A DNA stretch of 64,000 nucleotides, from NCBI GenBank assembly GCA_001899005.1, contig MKUW01000026.1, forward strand, positions 21,468 to 85,467, read 5' to 3'. Under the pieces are notes generated by a model. It was not told the origin of the DNA, did no database searches, and saw only the letters and a list, made by a program, of their open reading frames with translations. Positions 47,358-55,810 of this stretch are shown here, in pieces; position 1 is the stretch's first letter, and each line of letters begins with the position of its first letter. The stretch comes from Chloroflexi bacterium 44-23 (GTDB lineage: Bacteria; Chloroflexota; Anaerolineae; Anaerolineales; Anaerolineaceae). Position numbers and translations under genes: made by a program.

Positions 47358-48923
47358 TCATTTATTTACAATTTGCAATGCACGCCGATCAATTTTTCCT
47401 GTCGATGTTCTCGGAAATTCTGACCGAATTTCTATTTCGACTGGAATAGCATAAGGTGGTAATATTCTTCTCAACTCTGAAAATAATACATCTTCTGTAA
47501 GATTATTTTCCAGTTTTGGTATAATGGCAGCTTTGATTAAATTTGACCCTTCACCGTCAGTAACGGGATATACAGCAGCTTCTTGGACATCATCGAGAGC
47601 CAATAACGCATTTTCAATTTCGTCGAGCTCTACCCGATACCCGCGTGTTTTTACCTGGCGGTCTTTGCGGCCAAGAAAGCGGTAATTGCCATCCTCCCGC
47701 TTTTGAACCAGATCTCCTGTGCGGTAAAAGCGATCGAAAAATTGATCATTTACTGGCCGGTCAAAAAAACCTTTGCTGGTTAACTCTGGTGCTCCCCAAT
47801 AACCCTTCATGACGACACCACCACGGATCAAAAGTTCCCCACTTTCTCCTGGGAGAACTGGATGCAAATCTATGTCTACGACCAGGTCTTCTACGTTATC
47901 ACAAGCGATTCCAATTGGTATCGGCTCATCCGAATCATCCGCAAGATTGGGGACATGGTAAAAAGTACACACATTGGTTTCTGTCGGCCCATAGAGATTA
48001 CTAAAACGAATGCAGGGTAACAGATGCATTAACTCTCGTAAGTGTTTTGTTGGGAAAGGTTCTCCGGCAAATAGAATCCAGCGCAGGTTGGAAAAGCTAT
48101 CCTGAGATAGTTTAGCGCGTTGCAACATTTGAATTAACGCGTACGGGACTGAGTACCAAACCGTAATTTTTTCGTCCTGAATCCATTTGGCCATTGAAAC
48201 TGGAAATTTGGTCACTGCCTCAGGGACAATACAGGTAGCAGCGCCAGCCAACGCTGATGCAAAAAAGTCGAACGTGGAAAGATCAAAATGCAAGGGAGCA
48301 TGGTTGCTGATGCGATCATTGGACGTTAATTGATACGTTTCCTGTGCCCATGTGGCGAAGCTCAATCCACTGCGATGTGTGTGAACGATCCCTTTGGGCA
48401 AACCAGTTGATCCTGAGGTATAGAGAATATAAGCCAGATCTTGTTCGGTCAAATGGATTTGTATTTCCTGTGTAGACCTCTTAAAAACCTCTGGCCAACT
48501 AGTAGTCGTCGACCCCGGTAGTGGTTCACTCAAACCAATGACGGCACTCAGGGAAACGCGTTTGGCCAGAGCCTGGACATCCGCTGTCTTACGATCATGT
48601 GACACAAGAATACGGATATCACAATTTGCAATCACATGTTCCTGGCGCTCAAGGGGGGCGAATGGATCGAGTGGCACATAGGCACAACCGGCACTTAAGA
48701 TGCCATATATAGCGACTGCAGAGTAGATATTCTTAAACATGAATATCCCAACACGGTCTCCACGCCGGACTCCATTGGCGATTAAACAATGCGCTAGCTG
48801 ATTACTTTTTTGATATAACTGTAAATAGGTGAGATGTTCCTTCGCAAAGCGAACAGCAACATTATTTGGTGTAGCTTGTGCATTACGCTTAATTGCCTGG
48901 TGTAGTAAATAATTTGACGTCAT
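47358..48923 (-). CDS. Stand-alone adenylation enzyme (amino acid/aryl acid--carrier protein ligase)
   Basis: 521 aa with NRPS A-domain cores: LAYILYTSGSTGLPKG (A3), FDLS (A4), NLYGPTE (A5), GELLIRGGVVMKGYW (A6), YRTGD (A7), GRKDRQVKTRGYRVELDEIE (A8), LPPYAIP (A9), STGKIDR (A10). Confidence 0.85.
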   Translation of the reverse strand: MTSNYLLHQAIKRNAQATPNNVAVRFAKEHLTYLQLYQKSNQLAHCLIANGVRRGDRVGIFMFKNIYSAVAIYGILSAGCAYVPLDPFAPLERQEHVIANCDIRILVSHDRKTADVQALAKRVSLSAVIGLSEPLPGSTTTSWPEVFKRSTQEIQIHLTEQDLAYILYTSGSTGLPKGIVHTHRSGLSFATWAQETYQLTSNDRISNHAPLHFDLSTFDFFASALAGAATCIVPEAVTKFPVSMAKWIQDEKITVWYSVPYALIQMLQRAKLSQDSFSNLRWILFAGEPFPTKHLRELMHLLPCIRFSNLYGPTETNVCTFYHVPNLADDSDEPIPIGIACDNVEDLVVDIDLHPVLPGESGELLIRGGVVMKGYWGAPELTSKGFFDRPVNDQFFDRFYRTGDLVQKREDGNYRFLGRKDRQVKTRGYRVELDEIENALLALDDVQEAAVYPVTDGEGSNLIKAAIIPKLENNLTEDVLFSELRRILPPYAIPVEIEIRSEFPRTSTGKIDRRALQIVNK

Positions 48924-48958
48924 TCTTTCCTCGATTAAGAGCTTATCTCTAAGAAAGG

Positions 48959-50104
48959 CTATAAACCCAGCATCCGGGCGATGATATTGCGCTGGATGTC
49001 GGAAGTTCCGCTGTAAATCAATCCGCCGACCGAATCACGCAGAATTCCTTCAACACCGTAATCACTCAAGTACCCTTTTGCACCGAATATTCGGACAGCA
49101 TCCAGGCTGGATTGAACGAAACATTCACTCAGATACAATTTGGCGATGGCAGCTTCCATTACTGCGGATTTCCCAATACTTTTTAACCAGGCAACTTTAT
49201 AAAGCATCAACCTGGAAGTCTCAAGACGCACTTTCATATCAACAATGCGGTTTGAGACAGACTGAAAATCACCAATCGGACGATTAAATTGTCTTCGTTC
49301 GCGGGCATAGGTTATACTCTGTTCAAGTTCGTATTCCATTGCGCCAAGACTGGAAGCCAGAATACAGCTACGTTCCCATTCCATACCCCCGCTGAAAAGT
49401 TGAGCCCCTCCGCCTTCCGGACCGAGGCGGTTTTCGAGAGGAATTTGGCAATTTACCAGCTCAACTGATCCCATCGGTATGGTTTTCAAACCCATTTTTT
49501 CGATCACCGGGCTGATGTCCAAGCCCGGTGTGCCCTTCTCAACCAGAAAGGCGGTCACGCCCCACATGCCTTTATTGGTGTTGACCGTCGCGAAAATTAA
49601 AAATAAATCGGCGATTGGCCCATTGGTGATAAAAGTCTTTGAGCCATTCAATATATAGTAATCACCACCGCGGTCAGCTGTTGATTGCAGGCTGTAAGCG
49701 TCCGATCCTGAAACCGGTTCTGACATACAATGACCGGCAATCATTTCTCCGCTGATTAACTTTGGCAGATATTTTTCTTTTTGTTGGGAGGTGCCATGGC
49801 TGACTATTGGCATCTGGACGCTCCACATTTGCGCATTGATCCCAAAAATCAAAGCTGCATCGCGGTAACCATAACCGAGACCTTCCATTATCAACATCGT
49901 ATCCAGAATATTGCCATCCTTGCCGCCATATTCAGCAGGCATTGGGTAGCCAATTACACCGCGTTGCGCGATTTTGTTCCAATCCTGGCGTGAAAAAAGA
50001 CCTTTTTTATCACGCTCTATAAAATCGGCACTTAATTCATCCTGTGCAAATTGAATAATGTCAGTTTTTATTTTTTGCTGATCAGCGCTCCAATAAAAAT
50101 CCAT
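48959..50104 (-). CDS. Acyl-CoA dehydrogenase family protein (probable acyl-S-carrier-protein dehydrogenase)
   Basis: 381 aa. MSEPVSGSD, YILNGSKTFITNGPIADLFLIFAT, MEWERS, IYSGTSDIQ. Clear paralogue of 28181..29332. Adjacent to the adenylation and carrier-protein genes. Confidence 0.8.
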   Translation of the reverse strand: MDFYWSADQQKIKTDIIQFAQDELSADFIERDKKGLFSRQDWNKIAQRGVIGYPMPAEYGGKDGNILDTMLIMEGLGYGYRDAALIFGINAQMWSVQMPIVSHGTSQQKEKYLPKLISGEMIAGHCMSEPVSGSDAYSLQSTADRGGDYYILNGSKTFITNGPIADLFLIFATVNTNKGMWGVTAFLVEKGTPGLDISPVIEKMGLKTIPMGSVELVNCQIPLENRLGPEGGGAQLFSGGMEWERSCILASSLGAMEYELEQSITYARERRQFNRPIGDFQSVSNRIVDMKVRLETSRLMLYKVAWLKSIGKSAVMEAAIAKLYLSECFVQSSLDAVRIFGAKGYLSDYGVEGILRDSVGGLIYSGTSDIQRNIIARMLGL

Positions 50105-50121
50105 AATTTTAATACCCTTTC

Positions 50122-51333
50122 CTAATTCATATGACCGGTAAAACCTACCAGCAGGTTTGCGAAACGGTCAGCAGAATGCTGCCATGCCCAGTGTTGCTCG
50201 ACTGATTGGCGCCCGTTTTTACCCAATTGGTTGAGTTTCTCTTTGTTCCCAATTAGCTCCCTGAGCGTGGCTCCAAAAATAGTTTCATCCCTGGGAGCAA
50301 GAACACCTGTTTTTTGATCTTCAATTGTTTCAAGAAAGCCCCCTTCGGATACTGCCAGGACTGCAGCGCCACAGGCCATCGCTTCGATCGGAACCAGGCC
50401 GAATGGCTCGCGGATGGAAGCGCAGATAGTCAATCTGGCACGGTTATAATGCTCCCGTAAAGATTCATCGCTGATACCTGCTTTTAACCGAAACTCGACA
50501 CCAGATACGGTTGCGAGCTGTTCCAGATATGCTTTTTCCTCCGGATTTACGAAATTGCAGGCGATGAACAGAGGAAGGCGGTCTGATTCAGGCAGGGTCG
50601 CGAGTGAGCGAATAATGAAATCAAATCCTTTCAACGGCGTCAATGAGCCTACTGAGAAGAGGTAATCATCCTTGGGGAGGTCAATGGGATAAAAAAAATC
50701 AAGATTAACCCCACCGTAATTGGTAACAGGCTCGACCGGGTAAATTTGTGCGACGATAGAACGCATGAAATTTGAATTGACAAGGATATGATTGGCAGAA
50801 ACAATGTTCATTAAGTCGTTTTTCTTTAGAGTATTAAAAAAGAGGTTGTAAAAGGGATCAATGAAATTGATCATCGTTCTTAAGCGGGATTCAGGGCGGT
50901 CGTAAGGCCTTGCTGGCATTTTTTCATACAAAATTCGCAATGGCTCCTGGCAGTAAAAAATGGTCGGTATATTTTTCGTAAAGTGAAGTAATGCTGGCGA
51001 ATTTTGTATTTTCGAAGGGTGTACCCAGACCAAATCAAAACCTTTTTTCTCTATATCAACCGCCATTCTGCGGTCCAAGTTGCGCAATCGTCCAAGATCC
51101 AACCAGCGGATCAGATTATTGATACGGCCGAAGGGAGAATTGTACAATTTCCCTGTTTTGAAAGGTGTGATTTGGTGTGTTCGTGCAAATGGTCGAATAT
51201 CACAGAAATCGTGATTGGCATCGGAATATGTGTAAACATGGAATTCATGCCTGTTGGCGAGCCGTTGAAGGTGCTCGAACATCATTCTTTTTGCTCCCCC
51301 AGAGGGCAAGTGGTGATAGACTGCAATTTTCAA
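50122..51333 (-). CDS. Family 4 (GT-B) glycosyltransferase
   Basis: 403 aa. REPFGLVPIEAMACGAAVLAV E-x7-E region. Confidence 0.75.
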   Translation of the reverse strand: MKIAVYHHLPSGGAKRMMFEHLQRLANRHEFHVYTYSDANHDFCDIRPFARTHQITPFKTGKLYNSPFGRINNLIRWLDLGRLRNLDRRMAVDIEKKGFDLVWVHPSKIQNSPALLHFTKNIPTIFYCQEPLRILYEKMPARPYDRPESRLRTMINFIDPFYNLFFNTLKKNDLMNIVSANHILVNSNFMRSIVAQIYPVEPVTNYGGVNLDFFYPIDLPKDDYLFSVGSLTPLKGFDFIIRSLATLPESDRLPLFIACNFVNPEEKAYLEQLATVSGVEFRLKAGISDESLREHYNRARLTICASIREPFGLVPIEAMACGAAVLAVSEGGFLETIEDQKTGVLAPRDETIFGATLRELIGNKEKLNQLGKNGRQSVEQHWAWQHSADRFANLLVGFTGHMN

Positions 51334-52349
51334 CTGAGATTCCGCCTGTTAATTATGAAATTGTTCATTTCTTGCTGGGGCGGATTGTGAGTACCTTGTA
51401 AATCGTTCATTTCAGCCGAAACCATGATTTGAACAATTTCTTTGAAATTTGTTTTTGCTTCCCACCCTAATAAGCGACAGGCTTTGGAAGGATCTGCCAC
51501 TAATTGAATAGTTTCCTTGGGCCGCACCAAAAGTGGGTCTTGAACTACGTAATCACGATAATCCAGGTCAAGATAGGAGAAAGCTTCCTCACAAAAATCG
51601 CGTACAGAATTCGTCTTGCCGGTTCCGATAACATAATTGGTAGGCTGATCTTGTTGTAACATCAGCCACATAAAATGCACGTAATCAGGAGCGTATCCCC
51701 AGTCCCGTCGGGCATCCAGGTCTCCAAGAACCAGGTCATTGGAGAGACCCAATTTTATTTTTGCTGCGCCTCTGGCAATTTTGCGCGTGACAAAATCTTT
51801 CCCACGACGTGGACTTTCATGATTAAACAGGATTCCGGAGACGGCAAAGAGATGATGGTAATGACGATAATTTTGGACCATCCAGTGTGCATATAACTTG
51901 GCAACCCCGTATGGGTTGCGTGGTGCAAAGGCAGTCTTTTCGTTCTGAGGTGATTCTGTGGGGCTTCCAAACATTTCACTACTGGATGCCTGGTAGTATT
52001 TAATTAAGGGGTTGACCTGCAGAATTGCCTCCAGAATGCGCGTGACTCCCGCGGCAGTGACATCACCGATATTAACAGCATATTGCCATGATTCATGCGG
52101 CCGTGATGGTGAAGCGAGATTGTAAATCTCATCTGGTTGAAATTTTTCAAGACTGTGAATGATCTCTTCACTTTCGGTCAGGTCAATTTCCTGAAGAGAG
52201 ATCAGATCCTGAATCGACAATAAATTTTCGACGGCATTTAAACGCCCAGGACGTACCCATCCCAAGACTTGATATCGCTCTGAAAGGAGCCATTCTGCCA
52301 TATAGGAGCCGTCTTGACCATTGATTCCAATTACGATTGCTTTTTTCAT
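51330..52349 (-). CDS. gmd: GDP-mannose 4,6-dehydratase
   Basis: KKAIVIGINGQDGSYMAEWLL, YGVAKLYAHWMVQNYR (YxxxK), GILFNHESPRRGKDFVTRKI. 339 aa. Confidence 0.85.
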   Translation of the reverse strand: MKKAIVIGINGQDGSYMAEWLLSERYQVLGWVRPGRLNAVENLLSIQDLISLQEIDLTESEEIIHSLEKFQPDEIYNLASPSRPHESWQYAVNIGDVTAAGVTRILEAILQVNPLIKYYQASSSEMFGSPTESPQNEKTAFAPRNPYGVAKLYAHWMVQNYRHYHHLFAVSGILFNHESPRRGKDFVTRKIARGAAKIKLGLSNDLVLGDLDARRDWGYAPDYVHFMWLMLQQDQPTNYVIGTGKTNSVRDFCEEAFSYLDLDYRDYVVQDPLLVRPKETIQLVADPSKACRLLGWEAKTNFKEIVQIMVSAEMNDLQGTHNPPQQEMNNFIINRRNLS

Positions 52350-52472
52350 ATATATCCTATAAAAAAATATTTGGCAGCACCGGGTTTGGTTAACACCAAT
52401 TATTACCCCGTTTTGCGAACCTCAGAGACAGAAATGCACATTCAAAGTCAAAAACTGTAACGGTGGTACTGT

Positions 52473-53567
52473 TTAGTTATGAAGTCCAAACGGTGTGTTA
52501 TCGATTGATTGTACAACCGGAATACGGCGTTTTAATAATTTTTGCGCAAGGTTAGGATTGATCCAAACAATCAATGAAATCAGCCAGGTTTTCAAATCAA
52601 ATGGATTCAAAATCAAGGATTTACAAAGCCAGTTTTTTACCAAAATAGAATTTTCCGCGTTGATAATCTGGCTGGTAGCAGCAAGGCGCAGCAAGCGAGC
52701 TTGAAAGCTTTTGGGTAAATGGGCGAATTGTGGGTGGGCAAACAGAGTGACTGAGCGTTCCGGTTGGTCATATAACAAGTTCATAAACAAATCATAAAAG
52801 ACATAAAATCGGGTTGATGCCAAAAAGCAGGGAAATTCTGGTAAAGCGATAGCTTTCTCGCGGCAAAGTGCAAGAGATTCTCTCCGCTTGGCTGAAGCTG
52901 TGCGAATAGTGATATTTGATTCGTGCACACGATAATTGACGCCTTTGAAATCCAGGTAACCCCAATTGGTGAATTGAGCAAGGTGGGTGAAAAAGTCCCA
53001 ATCAGGACCGATCACGATACGGGTGTCAAATTGGATATGGTTAGCAGAGATGACATCTCTCCGGATTAAGGTACAGCTCGGCGGACCAAAAACGTCCGAG
53101 GCGCGAACCAGAGCTTCTAACAGCTTCCCATGAAATGGACCCCTACGCTGGTTTGAGAGCGGTTCAAGTTGGCGATTGTGCGTGTCGATGTACCAGCCGT
53201 CACAGTAGCAGGCGTTCAACTGGAGGTTATCCAACAAATAATGAGCCATTGTTTCAAGAAAATTGGGTAGGAATTGATCATCGGAGTCCAGAAAGGCAAC
53301 AAAATCACCTTGCATATGTTTGAGAGCATTATTTCGGGAAGCAGCCTCACCCTGATTGGATTGATTGAAAATGCGAATACGTTCATCATCAATATCTGAC
53401 AAGATGTCAGGTGTCCGATCAACCGAGCCGTCATTGATCAGGATTAATTCCCAATGCGTATAGGTTTGATCAATGATAGATTGGATAGCTTGTCGGATAT
53501 AACGCTCAGCGTTATAGGCTGGCATCATAATTGAGATGAGAGGGGTATCAGTCAATTCTCCGACCAT
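52473..53567 (-). CDS. Family 2 glycosyltransferase
   Basis: ISIMMPAYNAERYIRQAIQSIIDQTY...ILINDGSVDRT and the DxD motif LDSDD. 364 aa. Confidence 0.8.
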   Translation of the reverse strand: MVGELTDTPLISIMMPAYNAERYIRQAIQSIIDQTYTHWELILINDGSVDRTPDILSDIDDERIRIFNQSNQGEAASRNNALKHMQGDFVAFLDSDDQFLPNFLETMAHYLLDNLQLNACYCDGWYIDTHNRQLEPLSNQRRGPFHGKLLEALVRASDVFGPPSCTLIRRDVISANHIQFDTRIVIGPDWDFFTHLAQFTNWGYLDFKGVNYRVHESNITIRTASAKRRESLALCREKAIALPEFPCFLASTRFYVFYDLFMNLLYDQPERSVTLFAHPQFAHLPKSFQARLLRLAATSQIINAENSILVKNWLCKSLILNPFDLKTWLISLIVWINPNLAQKLLKRRIPVVQSIDNTPFGLHN

Positions 53568-54799
53568 TTCCTTTGCATGAGTAATTTCGTCATCAGGCTT
53601 TCTACCTCGGCCGCGGTGTGTCGCCAGGAGTTATTTTGTTCTGCATCCAGGCGCGCATGGTATCCGAGCTTTCTGCGTAAACCCGGATTACCAATCAATG
53701 AAAGCATAGCGTCTTCCAAAGCGTTCACATCACAAGGCGCAACTATTAAGCCGGTCTTGTTGTGTATCAGGGTGGCTGGTTGCTCATTTTCACCACTGGA
53801 TATGATTGCCAATCCTGCTGCTTTGTAATCAAATAACTTCAGGCAAGAATATTCTTTACGTCCACAAACAGGTGAGACAGCGATATCGGCAGTTGCCAGG
53901 ATGGGGGCGTACTCTTGATAAGATAACTGCCCGGGAAAGGTAATTTTATGATCAAGGTTAAGTGCTACCACACGTTCCTTTGTCTCAACCAATCCAACGC
54001 CAGCCCCAATTAAAGTCAAATAAATATCGGGCCTGGTTCGTAGGCAGCGAGTGAAGGCTTCAATTAATAAATCGGTGCCATGCCAGGCGTAAAAACCGCC
54101 CAAAAATACAATTTCTACCGGATTAGTAGGTGCTTCCTCTGCAATTTTGAAGGGTTTTAATTGATCGCGATCAAGTATATCAACCAATACGGATCCGTTT
54201 TCGATTACTTTGATTTGATTCTCATTAATCTTCCAATTGTGAATTAACATGTCCCGCCATCCTTCTCCCGTGGCGATAATCATGGCAGCTTTTCGAAGAG
54301 TATATCGATATATCTTTATCGCCAGCCAACGCTGGATTCCTTGCGGGGCAATTTTCTTGGCATCCAGATCAATCAATGGATCACCATTGAATTCCTGGAT
54401 GATCGGGATTTTTAACTTATTCGCCATCAGCGTTGTGCCATAGGCCATCCAGGAGGTGCGCTCGATGATTAAATCAAATCCTTGAAGTTGAGGGAGGCAT
54501 TGTCTCGCAAAATGATGGCTTTCAAACCAGGCAAAATAAGGGAAACGAATAATTGTTTGAATTTTACGAATTACTTTTTCAGCCAGGTTGAGGAACCGGT
54601 TTAGCTTTGGTACAGGAAGAATCCCAAAATGTTCCAAATCATCACTGTAATAGCGGAGGTTGTTCAAGCCAAAAATAAGACGAACATCATGCCCACGCTT
54701 GGCTAATTCCATCGATATTTGTCGAATATGGTTGGCAGGTCCATCAAAAGGCGGCGTAATTAAATCGCTGCTAAACTGAACGACATAAGCGATCTTCAT
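53552..54799 (-). CDS. Family 4 (GT-B) glycosyltransferase
   Basis: 415 aa. N-terminal GT4-type domain (MKIAYVVQF...GPANHIRQISMELAKRGHDV) and a C-terminal GT-B nucleotide-binding half. Confidence 0.7.
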   Translation of the reverse strand: MKIAYVVQFSSDLITPPFDGPANHIRQISMELAKRGHDVRLIFGLNNLRYYSDDLEHFGILPVPKLNRFLNLAEKVIRKIQTIIRFPYFAWFESHHFARQCLPQLQGFDLIIERTSWMAYGTTLMANKLKIPIIQEFNGDPLIDLDAKKIAPQGIQRWLAIKIYRYTLRKAAMIIATGEGWRDMLIHNWKINENQIKVIENGSVLVDILDRDQLKPFKIAEEAPTNPVEIVFLGGFYAWHGTDLLIEAFTRCLRTRPDIYLTLIGAGVGLVETKERVVALNLDHKITFPGQLSYQEYAPILATADIAVSPVCGRKEYSCLKLFDYKAAGLAIISSGENEQPATLIHNKTGLIVAPCDVNALEDAMLSLIGNPGLRRKLGYHARLDAEQNNSWRHTAAEVESLMTKLLMQRKWSEN

Positions 54800-55791
54800 A
54801 CGAACTTGTTTCCAACCGACTCGATTTCACGCAGGATTTTTTCCCCAACAATTTGGATATCAAATTTATTCTCCACAATTGTGCGCAATTTCTTTTTTTG
54901 GTCTAATTGTTCGGTTTCGGATAAGGCAGCGAATGATCGGATTTTAGTGTTCAATTGCGCATTTGTCAGAAAAAGGTTATCAGCTGGTAAAAGTTCATTC
55001 GAACCTGGCCAGGCATGCGAAAGACAATAACAACCGCTCGCCATGGCTTCCATTGGTGAGATTTGTAAACCCTCTGAATAGCTATTGGATATAAAGATAT
55101 CGATGTTCGCGAACCATTCAAGCGAGTTTGTCACATGACCATGCATCTTTATTGAATTTTCCAGGTCAAGATTACTGATTAATGCTTTTATCGATTGGTA
55201 GTAATCTTTGAACTTAGGGTGTTCACCACCACCGATATGTAATATGTAACCATCTTTGGCCAGATTATACTCTGAGAATGCTATCATCAGCTCATAAACA
55301 CGTTTACGGGGTGTCAGATGACAAAGGATTCCCAACTGTTTTCGAAAAGGTTGTGGGGAAAATGGGAACTTCTGCAGATCGATTCCTTCGCTAATAACAA
55401 GGGTTTTCCCGTTCAACTCCTGGAATGATGTCAAGGCTTCCCCTTCTTTTGCCTGACTGACCAGAATTAACCGATCCACTTTTTCCCAGTTGATGTGCTC
55501 TGCCCACTGGTAAAGCTCATAGCGATGTAAACGGGCGACAATACCGCACTGTTTGGGGAGTGCAGTTGCATGTGCCAGGTACTCGCCGGCCCATTCAAAA
55601 AAAACCACGTCATTGGACGATAAGAAACGATTCAATTGAGAGCGATAGTACTTGCGATTAATCCGTGTGTTAAATAGAGGGAAATTGGATTTTTGGGGAG
55701 AAAATAAGGTTGTTTGATGGCTGGATTTAATTAAATTATAGATTTCATTGAAAAATGACCAGGTGTCATTAATCGCTATGCCAATTTTCAT
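54796..55791 (-). CDS. GT-B fold glycosyltransferase (GT4-like)
   Basis: 331 aa. NSYSEGLQISPMEAMASGCYCLS E-x7-E region. Confidence 0.65.
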   Translation of the reverse strand: MKIGIAINDTWSFFNEIYNLIKSSHQTTLFSPQKSNFPLFNTRINRKYYRSQLNRFLSSNDVVFFEWAGEYLAHATALPKQCGIVARLHRYELYQWAEHINWEKVDRLILVSQAKEGEALTSFQELNGKTLVISEGIDLQKFPFSPQPFRKQLGILCHLTPRKRVYELMIAFSEYNLAKDGYILHIGGGEHPKFKDYYQSIKALISNLDLENSIKMHGHVTNSLEWFANIDIFISNSYSEGLQISPMEAMASGCYCLSHAWPGSNELLPADNLFLTNAQLNTKIRSFAALSETEQLDQKKKLRTIVENKFDIQIVGEKILREIESVGNKFV

Positions 55792-55810
55792 AAAAAAGAG
55801 ATCACCTTTC

